A stretch of DNA of 64,000 nt from an uncultured Nitrospiraceae bacterium (GTDB taxonomy: Bacteria > Nitrospirota > Nitrospiria > Nitrospirales > Nitrospiraceae). The stretch is from NCBI GenBank assembly GCA_963706325.1, contig CAVPLT010000004.1, positions 480,001-544,000 on the forward strand. The letters run 5' to 3'. The notes under the pieces were generated by a model, which saw nothing but the letters and a program-made list of their open reading frames with translations, was not told the origin of the DNA and ran no database searches. Of this stretch, positions 8,696 through 18,325 are shown piece by piece. Position numbers and translations under genes: made by a program. Position 1 is the first letter of the stretch, and each line of letters begins with the position of its first letter.

Positions 8696-10105
8696 GTGAC
8701 CAAGCCGAAAATATTGATTATCGAGGATGATGAGACTATTTCCGCCTCCTTGCAGTCAGCTTTGCGAGATGCATGCGAAGTGTTCGCAATGGGGCAAAGC
8801 TCAGCGACGAGCATGGGGGGACTGGAATCGGAACCCCGTGTGACACTGTTGGATTTGGAATCGCCGGCCAAACCAAATCCGGAGGACGGACTGCGTTACC
8901 TGCAAGAGTGGCGACAGTCGGGACACCGAGGAAGAGTGATCGTCTATACAAGGAGCACTGAGCGAAGCATTGCCGTTGAAGCTGTCCGCTGGGGTGCCAC
9001 AGAGGTGCTCTCGAAACCCCTGGACGTGGCGCTGCTGAGAGGAATTGTATGCCGCGCTGCGCGAATTGACGATCTCGAACACGAGGCGCGGGCAGGCATG
9101 ATGAACAGGAGCCCTGAAGAGTTCGCAGACATGTTGGGCACTAGTCAGAGCATTCATCGAATTTTTGAGGCCGTTCGAAAAGTCTCAACAAACGACGCCC
9201 CCATTTTGATCGCCGGTGAGAGTGGCACGGGCAAGGAGTTAACTGCCAAGGCGATTCATGATCGGAGTTTGCGGAAACATGCGGGATTCGTGCCGATCAA
9301 TTGCGGCGCGATTCCTGAAACCCTGTTAGAGTCTGAGCTGTTCGGATACGAGCGGGGAGCAGGCACGGGCGCGATCGGGCAAACACAGGGCAAAGTCGAA
9401 ATCGCGCAAGGGGGAACGCTGTTTCTGGATGAAGTCGGCGAGTTACCCTCTGCACTGCAGGTCAAATTGCTGCGATGTATGCAGGACCGCACGTTTGGCC
9501 GGGCTGGCGGGCATCAGCGCGTTGAAATGAATGTTCGCATCATTGCCGCTACGAATGTGAATTTACAGGACGCCATTGCGAAGGGCACGTTCCTCGAGGA
9601 TCTGTATTACCGGCTCGCCGCCGTGCAAATAAATTTGCCTCCGCTGCGGGAACGTGGGGAAGATGTGCTACTCATAGCTACGGCGTTTCTGCGTCAGGCT
9701 GCGACCCATTATGGGAAGCCCATTCGCGGTTTTAATAGCGAAGCGCGGGAAGCCATGCGAGCCTATGCCTGGCCGGGGAATGTACGCGAATTGAGAAACA
9801 GGGTCGGTCGTGCTGTGGTCCTGGCGGAGGGTACGTATGTCGGACCGGTCGATTTGGACATTCCCCACGCTCCGCAGCCTGAGGAGACATCGATTTCTTT
9901 TAAATTCAATCAGCAGCGGATCGAGACCGACCTAATCACGAAGGCATTCACGCTGTCACAGGGCAACTTGAGTCGTGCTGCGCATGAGTTGGGTATCAGC
10001 CGTTCGACACTCTATCGTCGCCTCCGTCAGTACGGCATGGACCGCGCTTTAGACACGCGGCGAGCGCTCAGCGCCTCTTCGCGGGCGTGGCTGTCAGAGC
10101 ATTGA
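8696..10105 (+). CDS. NtrC-family (PrsR-like) response regulator: REC + AAA+ sigma54-activator domain + Fis HTH
   Basis: IIEDD, LLDL, Walker A GESGTGKE, Walker B FLDEV, WPGNVREL and HTH GNLSRAAHELGISRSTLYRRL. The GAFTGA loop reads GAGTGA. Confidence 0.92.
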   Translation: MTKPKILIIEDDETISASLQSALRDACEVFAMGQSSATSMGGLESEPRVTLLDLESPAKPNPEDGLRYLQEWRQSGHRGRVIVYTRSTERSIAVEAVRWGATEVLSKPLDVALLRGIVCRAARIDDLEHEARAGMMNRSPEEFADMLGTSQSIHRIFEAVRKVSTNDAPILIAGESGTGKELTAKAIHDRSLRKHAGFVPINCGAIPETLLESELFGYERGAGTGAIGQTQGKVEIAQGGTLFLDEVGELPSALQVKLLRCMQDRTFGRAGGHQRVEMNVRIIAATNVNLQDAIAKGTFLEDLYYRLAAVQINLPPLRERGEDVLLIATAFLRQAATHYGKPIRGFNSEAREAMRAYAWPGNVRELRNRVGRAVVLAEGTYVGPVDLDIPHAPQPEETSISFKFNQQRIETDLITKAFTLSQGNLSRAAHELGISRSTLYRRLRQYGMDRALDTRRALSASSRAWLSEH

Positions 10106-10438
10106 TGGGGTCGCCACTACCTTGGAAAACACGTCTCTCGGCGCGGCCTATGAATAGTTTCGTCTCTCAGGCTGCGTCAGGTCCTAAGTGGATGTTCGCA
10201 AAAACGTTGACCGGCTCACCTCTATTTGTTAAGTACTAGACTCTCAACGACAAAGTTCATTCGGTCGTTCCAAGGGGTTGTGAAGACCATCGCGTGATGG
10301 ATAGGCCTTGGGACGCATTTCCTCTTTTGAATCTACCGTCCAACGGACGATCTATGACCAGCTTTTTGATGCTCCATATGGTGGGAGAGAGGCTTGCGAA
10401 TAGTCGGAAGGGCTCAATTGGCAAGCAGGAGCGAATGA

Positions 10439-11005
10439 ATGGCTCCTGATGCGCCCTTTCTCTGGACTCGACGAGGCCTCTTGAGCACCACGGCGGTGGG
10501 GATGGCTTGGGCGGCAGTCCGCCTGGCCATCCCGTCCGAAACCTGGGCGGCACGACTTCCAGAAGGGCGTGTGAGCATCTACAATCTTCAGACGGATGAA
10601 CGGTTGTCCGTCATTTACCGGACGGATAGCGGAGCCTACGACCAGGGGGCGCTCAATGAGCTGAATTACCTGCTACGCTGTCATCACACCAATGAGTCGA
10701 CAATGATGGATGTGCGGCTCATCGAATTCATTAACCTCGTTCAAAAACGAATCGGGGGTCGTCGGGACGTGTATGTCGTGTCGGGTTATCGTTCTCCGGA
10801 ATATAACGACCAGTTGATCAGGATGGGTACGCGTGCGGCCCGCAACAGCTATCATGTGTTGGGGCAAGCGGTGGATGTGCAGATGCACGGTGTGCCGTTG
10901 CGTACCCTTCGAGAAGTGGCGTTACGATTGGGATGTGGCGGCGTTGGGTATTATCCACGGGGCAAGTTCGTGCACCTCGACTCCGGACCGTTTCGCCATT
11001 GGTAA
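10439..11005 (+). CDS. YcbK/DUF882 (peptidase M15-like, MepK-type) cell-wall peptidase with Tat signal
   Basis: Twin-arginine TRRGLL; SGYRSP, SYHVLGQAVD, GGVGYYP and FVHLDSGPFRHW. Confidence 0.9.
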   Translation: MAPDAPFLWTRRGLLSTTAVGMAWAAVRLAIPSETWAARLPEGRVSIYNLQTDERLSVIYRTDSGAYDQGALNELNYLLRCHHTNESTMMDVRLIEFINLVQKRIGGRRDVYVVSGYRSPEYNDQLIRMGTRAARNSYHVLGQAVDVQMHGVPLRTLREVALRLGCGGVGYYPRGKFVHLDSGPFRHW

Positions 11006-11159
11006 GTGGTCGCTCTTTTGCTCTCGTGGTAGATTGACTCACCAACTGCGGGCGGAATTTCTTCCTCAAATTTCAATGACCCCAACCCCCTCTCGTGATA
11101 GGCTGATCTCGCAGGAAAAGTAGCGCGAGCGCTCTGGGCCTCTGATCAAGGAGTGAAGC

Positions 11160-11636
11160 ATGCTGGTGTCACGTGGAGATGTCGTCTCAGTCGAGTATAC
11201 AATTCGCCTGGCGGACGAGCACGTCATCGAGACAACCAACGGTGATGCACCGTTGATTTACACTCATGGGCAGAACGAAATTTTACGAGGATTGGAAGCA
11301 GGGCTGGATCAGATGGAGCTGGGAGCGTCCAAGATGGTGATAGTTCAGCCTGCCGATGGCTATGGGGACATACATCCTGAGGGATTCTTCGAGGTGCAGA
11401 GGAATCGGGTCCCGGTGGAGGCTCAAAAAATCGGCACAAAACTGGAAGCGACGGCGCCTGATGGAAGGACGGTGTTTCCATACGTGGCGGAGATCAAGTC
11501 GGACGTCGTCGTCCTTGACCTTAATCACCCACTTGCGGGACAGACGCTGCAATTTGAAGTGAGAGTGGTAGATATCCAGCGGGGCGAGCATCAGCTTGTC
11601 ACGGGATCGCCCGCCGGGCGACGCGAAGTGCGTTAA
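11160..11636 (+). CDS. slyD: FKBP-type peptidyl-prolyl isomerase, SlyD-like
   Basis: VSVEY, GLEAGL, P.DGYG and LDLNHPLAGQTLQFEV; RBS AAGGAG. Confidence 0.9.
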   Translation: MLVSRGDVVSVEYTIRLADEHVIETTNGDAPLIYTHGQNEILRGLEAGLDQMELGASKMVIVQPADGYGDIHPEGFFEVQRNRVPVEAQKIGTKLEATAPDGRTVFPYVAEIKSDVVVLDLNHPLAGQTLQFEVRVVDIQRGEHQLVTGSPAGRREVR

Positions 11637-12088
11637 CCGACCAGGTCGGGGTTCATTCGGGCCATGGATTGGACCGATGTGGCCTTGATTTCGTTGTAGA
11701 CGATGGCACGGCCGGCCTGTCGAAGTCGGCTGAATACCCCTTCCACCACCACATAGTCACCTTCCCGAACGTCGGCCTTTCCAAGCCCCACAACTTTTAG
11801 CGTTCCGGCACTGTCCTGCAAGAGGAAGCCAAATGCGGGGTGGCCGTCGCGATTTGTTGCAAGTTGAAAACTGGTTACGCGTCCGCTGACGGTCACTGCC
11901 TGGTGGTCATAGTGGTCAGGATGGGCCAGTAGTTCAGTGACTTCCACAATCGCGGAGGCTGAGAGCGAGAGGGCAGGCACCATCCATCCTAGAAGGGCCA
12001 GTATCCCGAGCATAAGTGTGATGCGAGTGACTCTTGTTCGAATACCGGACCCGCTTGCTAGTTGAACCATAGTAGATGAATTATACAA
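11633..12088 (-). CDS. Exported OB-fold-like protein
   Basis: Hydrophobic signal segment; ELLAHPDHYD...VTVSGRV, F.LQD..G.L.V and EGDYVVVEGVF. The start is uncertain. Confidence 0.6.
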   Translation of the reverse strand: MYNSSTMVQLASGSGIRTRVTRITLMLGILALLGWMVPALSLSASAIVEVTELLAHPDHYDHQAVTVSGRVTSFQLATNRDGHPAFGFLLQDSAGTLKVVGLGKADVREGDYVVVEGVFSRLRQAGRAIVYNEIKATSVQSMARMNPDLVG

Positions 12089-12206
12089 AATTCACTCCGG
12101 GCTTAGAAGCCAGTCAAAAAATAATTAGAACATCAGGATGGGCTTCGGGCGTCCATCCGCGTTCTCCGTTGATCATCCCCGTTGCGGCCCGAGACACGAA
12201 GCCTCT

Positions 12207-13376
12207 TCAGCGTCGAAGATCGTCGTGCAGTTCCCCCATGAAACTCGTCAACACGTGCTGTTTCATTTGACCGATTTCTTCTTCTGTCGGCTGACCGGCT
12301 TCGTCGGTCAGGGCTACGGTATCTTTGGCGACCGGTGCGGTGCGCGTTAGGAGCTCTTCCTCGAGCGCTTCGGGACGGAGGTCGATCTCAGACAACGTTG
12401 CCATAAGTCGCTGTAGGCCGAAGAGAGAGCGAGTATTTTCAGAATGGACGGCATTGGAACTCGCACCATGGACGAGTGACAGCCAGAATTTGGCTTCCAG
12501 GTCTTCCCCCAACGTTCCCCACACAAATAACCGCAATTTTTCCACCAAGGCGTCTTCGGTGCGCTCTAAGCCGTCATAGAGCGCAATGGACCGCTCTACT
12601 GGTCTTTCTCCAAGGACGGCCAGCGTTTCCTTCCAGAGGTCGAGCGTGACGGAGACCGGAAGATCCTTAATCGGAGAACGTTGCAGATTATTTTGGATGG
12701 TTTGGAGATAGTAATGGAGATGTTTCACCTTCCGACCGGCAAGACTTCCGGCCGGAATACCCCAGATGTGACCAATTTCGTGATCTTGCATGGGAGTCGC
12801 GTTAATGGATTTCCACTCGCGCTCTGAAAGTTCAAACCGTTTCCGATATTTGTCTAAGAGACGCAATTGCGTCTGTATTTCGAGTCCCAGTCTAGCTTCC
12901 TGGTAGGCCTCGGCAGAAATGTCGTTCTCATCCCAACGGCGGTCCAACAGCCGGATCGCCGGTTTGGGGACGGCGGCACGTGCCTGCTGTTTAATGACCA
13001 CGATGGCGTCCGGTGCGATCTTGAAGCGAGTCTGCAGGAGATCCGTCGCGGCGCGAACCATCCCCTCTGCGAGCGCGATCATCCCTTTCATGCCTTCCAT
13101 TTGAAGCCAGAGACGCTCTCGTCGCAGCCGAACCCGGCGCCGGTACTCGTCTCGGCGGCTCGTCACATCCCGCAAGGCATCTTGTTTGACAACTTGGTGG
13201 AGAGGCTTGCTGCCGGCCACGCAGCGCGGGTCTGGGCGGTCTGCTGCAATGTGGTTGATTTCTTCCGACGTGATATCAAAATGCTGAAGCAAGAGGAGCT
13301 TGAGCATGATACGAGCTTGGATCGGGGATTGTTCAATCGTGGAGGCGATGAGTTCTGAGGTCAGCAAAGCGGACAT
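12207..13376 (-). CDS. Hypothetical protein (helical, 389 aa)
   Basis: Long ORF; ATG 13376 is preceded by GAGGGG. Confidence 0.75.
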   Translation of the reverse strand: MSALLTSELIASTIEQSPIQARIMLKLLLLQHFDITSEEINHIAADRPDPRCVAGSKPLHQVVKQDALRDVTSRRDEYRRRVRLRRERLWLQMEGMKGMIALAEGMVRAATDLLQTRFKIAPDAIVVIKQQARAAVPKPAIRLLDRRWDENDISAEAYQEARLGLEIQTQLRLLDKYRKRFELSEREWKSINATPMQDHEIGHIWGIPAGSLAGRKVKHLHYYLQTIQNNLQRSPIKDLPVSVTLDLWKETLAVLGERPVERSIALYDGLERTEDALVEKLRLFVWGTLGEDLEAKFWLSLVHGASSNAVHSENTRSLFGLQRLMATLSEIDLRPEALEEELLTRTAPVAKDTVALTDEAGQPTEEEIGQMKQHVLTSFMGELHDDLRR

Positions 13377-13410
13377 GGTGTGGCCCCTCGTGCGACGTAA
13401 AAAGGTTCGC

Positions 13411-13623
13411 TTACGCCGTACCCTGATGGCTGGTTTCAAGGTAGACCGCGACGTATTCTCGGATTTGCTGGATGCTGCCGCTGATGAACATCTCGCGAGG
13501 AATCTCGACGCGAACCAATTTGGCAGGGTCGACGCCTCGATCGATGGCGTACTCCTCATCGATATACAGGGTTACGGAACCATCAGGAAAACGAATGGCA
13601 TAAACCGCATTGTTCTCAGCCAT
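13411..13623 (-). CDS. Small hypothetical protein (70 aa, MAENNAVYAIRFPDGS...)
   Basis: Protein-like composition, GGAG upstream, and co-oriented with 12207-13376. Confidence 0.7.
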   Translation of the reverse strand: MAENNAVYAIRFPDGSVTLYIDEEYAIDRGVDPAKLVRVEIPREMFISGSIQQIREYVAVYLETSHQGTA

Positions 13624-13831
13624 AGGAGCTGCTCCGTCTGTGTTGTTGAGCACTGCAGATACTAGAGGTAACACAGGCTCGGCCCGGCTGTCAAAATGAG
13701 TGGCCTGCTGCCAAACGCTGGTCCTCTCAGGCAGAAAACCTGGGTCTGGGGGCACAATTGACTTAGCGCGAATGCCAATAAAAGGGCCGAGAGGGGGGCG
13801 TAATGTATTGGACGACAGCCTGATTCGGCCT

Positions 13832-13873
13832 ACAAAACAGCATGGTCTTCGGTCACTCGACCGAAGACCATGC
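13832..13873 (-). terminator. Rho-independent terminator downstream of chdC
   Basis: Perfect 15 bp inverted repeat GCATGGTCTTCGGTC-ACTC-GACCGAAGACCATGC (13840-13873) followed by TGTTTTGT on the minus strand. Confidence 0.85.
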
Positions 13874-13894
13874 ATATAGACGCCGGGAATCGCT

Positions 13895-14602
13895 TTAGCC
13901 ACCCAACGTGTCGAGTGTTTCCTTCAGGCTTTTGCGAATGCAGGTAAAAATTGGCGTATCGCGCAAAGTATAACGGCTGCCCTCGGTTTCCCTCAACGCC
14001 ATGACAAGATCCAAGAAGTCTTCGGGCTTATCACTTTCGAACGCCACGACCCATTCCTGGTCGTCCAGACCGAAGGAATAGGTGGTATTGAGCTTGACCG
14101 ACGGGAAGCGATGGCCGACCTCAATGTGTTCATCCATCATGCCCTGCCGCGCGGCTTTGGTGAGCAGGAACCATTCTCGCGTTTTCACGAATGGGTACAC
14201 GAAGATGTACTTGGCCTTGCCCGGAACGACGGTCAGCCGCTTGCTTTCCTGGTTTTCGTGGGTGTGATGGTCGACGTAAATGGAGCGTTTGGTGATGGCC
14301 AAGTATGAATAGGGATTTAGAATATACTTGCCCAATCCAGAAGCCATGATTTTGGTGCTCATTTCCTGGAACAGTTCAAGTTCATAGCTGATACGCCACA
14401 GCATCAGGTCGCAGTCACCTCGGATGCCGACCGTCGTATAGGCGATGACGAGAACTTTGCCCTGGTACTCTTCCACGGCGCGAAGAAACTCTTGTTTGCC
14501 GCGTGTGCGCTCGTCTTCTGGGAGCCGTCGCCAAGCTGGATCGATCTTATAAAAAGTAAAATTGACGTATTGGCGGCGAGGTGGTTGTTCGGGGCTGGAC
14601 AT
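13895..14602 (-). CDS. hemQ: Chlorite-dismutase-family heme protein, likely coproheme decarboxylase (ChdC/HemQ)
   Basis: YPFVK, W..L....R..MM.EH and SFGLDDQEW. The distal Arg of true Cld is absent (VKLNTTYS). Confidence 0.8.
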   Translation of the reverse strand: MSSPEQPPRRQYVNFTFYKIDPAWRRLPEDERTRGKQEFLRAVEEYQGKVLVIAYTTVGIRGDCDLMLWRISYELELFQEMSTKIMASGLGKYILNPYSYLAITKRSIYVDHHTHENQESKRLTVVPGKAKYIFVYPFVKTREWFLLTKAARQGMMDEHIEVGHRFPSVKLNTTYSFGLDDQEWVVAFESDKPEDFLDLVMALRETEGSRYTLRDTPIFTCIRKSLKETLDTLGG

Positions 14603-14758
14603 GACGAACCCTCCAGGCAAGTTCTTGATAATGTAAAAGAATAAGCGTCAGTGTGTTTAGCATTTCATCTCGCAGGCTGTCAACAGAGGCAGCGTTGTGC
14701 GAGAGTCATCGGGGGGTCAATTGACAGGGGAAAATCGATCTGGTACTGCCTGTTTCGT

Positions 14759-15373
14759 ATGAGCGGCCTTCAAAGATTGCCTGCCGGATCCTATTTCATA
14801 CCCAGCCTCTTGGTGCTGGCGAGCTGGATGGTTGCAGTGCCGGCGAGCGGCATCGAGATCCATCCCACGACTGACCACATCCAGAGTACCGTCGAACGGG
14901 GAAAGGAAGCGGCGCGCGAACGCCTCTCTCCCGACCAACTTCATACCTCGTTCGGTTCTTTCGAAGGCCTTGCGCCGCGCGGGTTCATCATGACGAAGTT
15001 GGGGAGTCTTCTGATCATGGCCAACCATCTGGCCTTGCGGGATCTGTCACCGACCGAGCAAGACATTGCTCAGGTCTTGGCGAATGACCTGCTCCTGGTG
15101 AATGTGGTGATCTTCGGCGACCGGGTGAACTTTGCTGCTGATAGTTACGTAGTGATGGAACAAGCTGGTCGAACGATCAAACCGACCTCCGTGCGGTTCG
15201 ACGCGCGAGGCGATCGCACGGCGGTCTGGCCGCAACAGCCGGCCTATCGCGCCAAAGTGATCGCGCAGTTTCCCTATGCGGACCTTGACCTGCGAGCACC
15301 GACCACCCTGATGGTCTTTCCTTCCGGCGGCGGACAAGTCACCTTCGATCTTGATTTCTCTAAAATTGAATAA
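14759..15373 (+). CDS. Exported hypothetical protein
   Basis: Signal-peptide-like N-terminus (..LLVLASWMVAVPASG); TTGACA at 14721 upstream. Confidence 0.7.
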   Translation: MSGLQRLPAGSYFIPSLLVLASWMVAVPASGIEIHPTTDHIQSTVERGKEAARERLSPDQLHTSFGSFEGLAPRGFIMTKLGSLLIMANHLALRDLSPTEQDIAQVLANDLLLVNVVIFGDRVNFAADSYVVMEQAGRTIKPTSVRFDARGDRTAVWPQQPAYRAKVIAQFPYADLDLRAPTTLMVFPSGGGQVTFDLDFSKIE

Positions 15374-15424
15374 CTGCACCTGCTGGCCCCACGGTCTTCA
15401 CTACTATCGCAAGGCTTCGACTTC

Positions 15425-16714
15425 ATGAATAAACCGAGAACCTGGACGGCTGAAACCATCGCTATCGGTTCGGAACTGTTGCTCGGGGGCCGCCTCGACA
15501 CCAACTCGCTGTTTATTGCCGATCAGCTGTCCGCCTGTGGCATCGAACTGCGGTACAAGACGACGGTCGGTGACGACCTACCCGACATCGTAGCCGCATT
15601 GACGACAGCGGTGCGGCGCTCACGCGTGGTGATGATCACGGGTGGGCTCGGTCCCACGGTCGATGACCTCACGCGAGACGCCGTGGCGCGCGCGACCGAC
15701 CGCCGGCTGGTTCGCCGCAAGATTGCATTGGAAGAGATGACTGCCCGCCTGGCCGAATGGGGGCGCAGGCCGACGACCTCGCAGTTTCGGCAGGCCATGA
15801 TTCCAGCAGGTGCGAATGTGCTCTCCAATCGGGTAGGCACAGCGCCGGGCTTTTCATTCGCCTGGAAGGGAACGTTTCTCGCGGCTTTGCCCGGTGTCCC
15901 GCGTGAGATGGAACCGATGTTAAGAGAGGGAGTCTTGCCGAAGCTGCAGGAGTGGTTGTGCAATCAGAAGGCCGTGAGTGTGGCGCCTATGGTCCGACGA
16001 ATGCTCCACACGTCAGGTGTGTCGGAGTCGGTGGTGGATCAGTCGCTGGCTGGTCTCATTCCAAAAGGCAGTCCCATTCAACTCGGTATCTATGCTTCGC
16101 CCATGGAAATCATGGTGTCGCTGACGGGACCGGCGGCAATGCAACGGCAGGGAGGCATGAGTATTGATGCGTTATGTGCTGAGGCGCGCGATCGCCTTCG
16201 TGACATACTCTATGGGGAGGATGGTGACACCATGGAATCGGTGGTCGGCCGATTGCTTGGCGAGCGACAACTGACCGTCGCCGTCGCCGAATCCTGTACG
16301 GGCGGGTTGATCGGCCATCGGCTCACGCAAGTGTCCGGCTCATCGGCCTACCTGGACCGAGTCGCCGTGACGTACAGCAATCGCGCGAAGGTCGACATGC
16401 TGGGTGTGCCAACGGATCTGATCGACCGGCATGGAGCCGTCAGCGCGGAAGTGGCTGCAGCCATGGCCAGAGGAGTTCGTGAACGGAGTGGCGCGTCGGT
16501 TGGGTTGAGCGTGACCGGCATCGCCGGCCCGGGCGGCGCCACTAAGACAAAACCGGTGGGCCTGGTCTATGTGGGCCTGGACGGCGGACCGAACGACTCG
16601 CTCACCAAGGAGTTCCGTTTTCACGGCGGCGACCGTAGCGTAATCAAAATGCGATCTTCGCAAGCGGCCCTCGATGTGTTGCGTCGATGGTTGGTGAAAA
16701 AGGACCGCGGATGA
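15425..16714 (+). CDS. cinA: Competence/damage-inducible protein CinA (MoCF-like domain + PncC NMN deamidase)
   Basis: IGSELLLG...DTN, TGGLGPT.DD.T, LPGVPREM, AESCTGG and TGIAGPGG. Confidence 0.95.
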   Translation: MNKPRTWTAETIAIGSELLLGGRLDTNSLFIADQLSACGIELRYKTTVGDDLPDIVAALTTAVRRSRVVMITGGLGPTVDDLTRDAVARATDRRLVRRKIALEEMTARLAEWGRRPTTSQFRQAMIPAGANVLSNRVGTAPGFSFAWKGTFLAALPGVPREMEPMLREGVLPKLQEWLCNQKAVSVAPMVRRMLHTSGVSESVVDQSLAGLIPKGSPIQLGIYASPMEIMVSLTGPAAMQRQGGMSIDALCAEARDRLRDILYGEDGDTMESVVGRLLGERQLTVAVAESCTGGLIGHRLTQVSGSSAYLDRVAVTYSNRAKVDMLGVPTDLIDRHGAVSAEVAAAMARGVRERSGASVGLSVTGIAGPGGATKTKPVGLVYVGLDGGPNDSLTKEFRFHGGDRSVIKMRSSQAALDVLRRWLVKKDRG

Positions 16715-17322
16715 TCAGGGCGTTTCTTGCCGTCGAGATGCCTCGGGACATCCGCTCGGCGTTGGTCAGCCTCCAGCAGGATGTGAAGCGACAACTTGAA
16801 CGAACGGCCGGTGGCCAGGTGAGGATCAGCTGGGTCCGACCGGCTTCCATGCATCTCACGCTGAGATTTCTGGGCGATATGCCGGACGCATCAATCGACC
16901 CGCTGCAAGTCGCCATCCAACAGGCTGTATCAGTGCACCAGCCCATTCACCTTCCACTCGAACGGCTAGGAGTGTTTCCGAGCTCACCACAACCACGCGT
17001 GCTTTGGGCGGGACCTTCCGAGAGTTGGGAGCAGGGTCCTGATGCGCAGAGATTGAGGGCGCTACATCGAACGGTCGAGGACTGCTGTCAGGCGGCTGAT
17101 TTTGCACCCGACTGTCGCCCATTCAGTCCCCACCTCACTCTCGCAAGGATCAAGGAAGGGGAGCGACAGGTCGGGCTAGCCCTCGCGCAAAGCGGTGTGA
17201 TGGACGAAGCGATGGTGATTGGTACGCTCCCCATCGAGACGATCGTCCTAATGCAAAGCGAGCTGCGTGCGTCAGGATCGGTCTATACGAAGCTCTGGGA
17301 GGCGGCAATTCACGAAACATAG
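16711..17322 (+). CDS. thpR: RNA 2',3'-cyclic phosphodiesterase (2H family)
   Basis: RAFLAV, two HxT motifs (HLTL twice) and PRVLWAG; the cinA-thpR-recA context is typical. Confidence 0.93.
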   Translation: MIRAFLAVEMPRDIRSALVSLQQDVKRQLERTAGGQVRISWVRPASMHLTLRFLGDMPDASIDPLQVAIQQAVSVHQPIHLPLERLGVFPSSPQPRVLWAGPSESWEQGPDAQRLRALHRTVEDCCQAADFAPDCRPFSPHLTLARIKEGERQVGLALAQSGVMDEAMVIGTLPIETIVLMQSELRASGSVYTKLWEAAIHET

Positions 17323-17600
17323 TCCCAGCGGCCTTTTTACTGTCCAACCGTCATGGGCTGACATGCCTGAAAGGAAGAGGTATACGCTCCATCGTGCACG
17401 GCGGTTAGGCGACTCGCACAACGGGGCAATGAATCAGCGGGGAAACGGACGCGCGGGGAAAGTCGATGGAATGCTGGCAGATCAATGGTTATGCGAATCC
17501 ATTCCGAGGCTCAGCACCAGAAAGGTCTTCGCGATGATAAGTCGCACGAGAAAACTCCGTCCCTCACGCGCTAGATGAGACGGTCTCTTCATGACTCGCT

Positions 17601-17852
17601 TTACTGCCCAACGATACATTCTTCGGCACTCTCGCAATCAACGTCTTGAGAGGTCTGTTGCTTGCCCATGGACGATCGAATTCCGGCGTAGACATTCGCT
17701 GCGGACACAGACCAGGCGGGGTTGAAGGGATCACCCCGAAATGCGGCTTCGGCGGCTTTCTTTTCATCATGGGTGAGAGCGCGTCTCTCGTCTGCGTTCT
17801 TCGATTCTGCTATATCGGGTGCGAATTCATCTGCCAGCCTATCTTGTTGCAT
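17601..17852 (-). CDS. Small hypothetical protein
   Basis: GGAGG upstream of ATG 17852; protein-like sequence RALTHDEKKAAEAAFRGDPFNPAWS. Confidence 0.65.
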   Translation of the reverse strand: MQQDRLADEFAPDIAESKNADERRALTHDEKKAAEAAFRGDPFNPAWSVSAANVYAGIRSSMGKQQTSQDVDCESAEECIVGQ

Positions 17853-18183
17853 GAGGCCCTCCACCGCGCTTAATCGAAAGTTTGCCTATGGGACTAAGGA
17901 GCTAGGCTCCAATCAATGCCGATCAATGTCGACAATGGATCTTAGGCGGCCTCGACCGGCAGACCGCTCCTACTGGTAGATTTTCACATGACTCCGCTTC
18001 GCGCCTCCCTCGCGATACCCCTAGGGATGAAACTCTTTTACCCTGGCAAGTCCGTGCCACTTCTGCGCGATGCGGGTGGGCATGGCGGCTTATATCAGAT
18101 GGAAATTTGCTCGCGACAGGCTCGATCCATTCGCTGGCTCTTGCGCCACCCTGTCGGACTAGGTTTATCACTTCCGACTCCGG

Positions 18184-18189
18184 TATAAT
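18184..18189 (+). promoter_or_regulatory. Consensus -10 box upstream of recA
   Basis: TATAAT about 140 nt upstream of the recA start; the -35 is weak. Confidence 0.45.
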
Positions 18190-18325
18190 CCACAGTTCAG
18201 ACCGTTTTTAGTCTGGGCTCGCGCCTCAGTTCATGCTCGGTCAACTCACGGCCGGCTGGTGCGTTGTCTCTCGCAGTTCGCGGTGAGAGACCCTTCACGA
18301 GGCATGCATCTATAAGGAGTGTGGA

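Noticed and set aside
13895..14602. Functional chlorite dismutase
   Set aside because: It lacks the catalytic distal Arg; ChdC is more likely.
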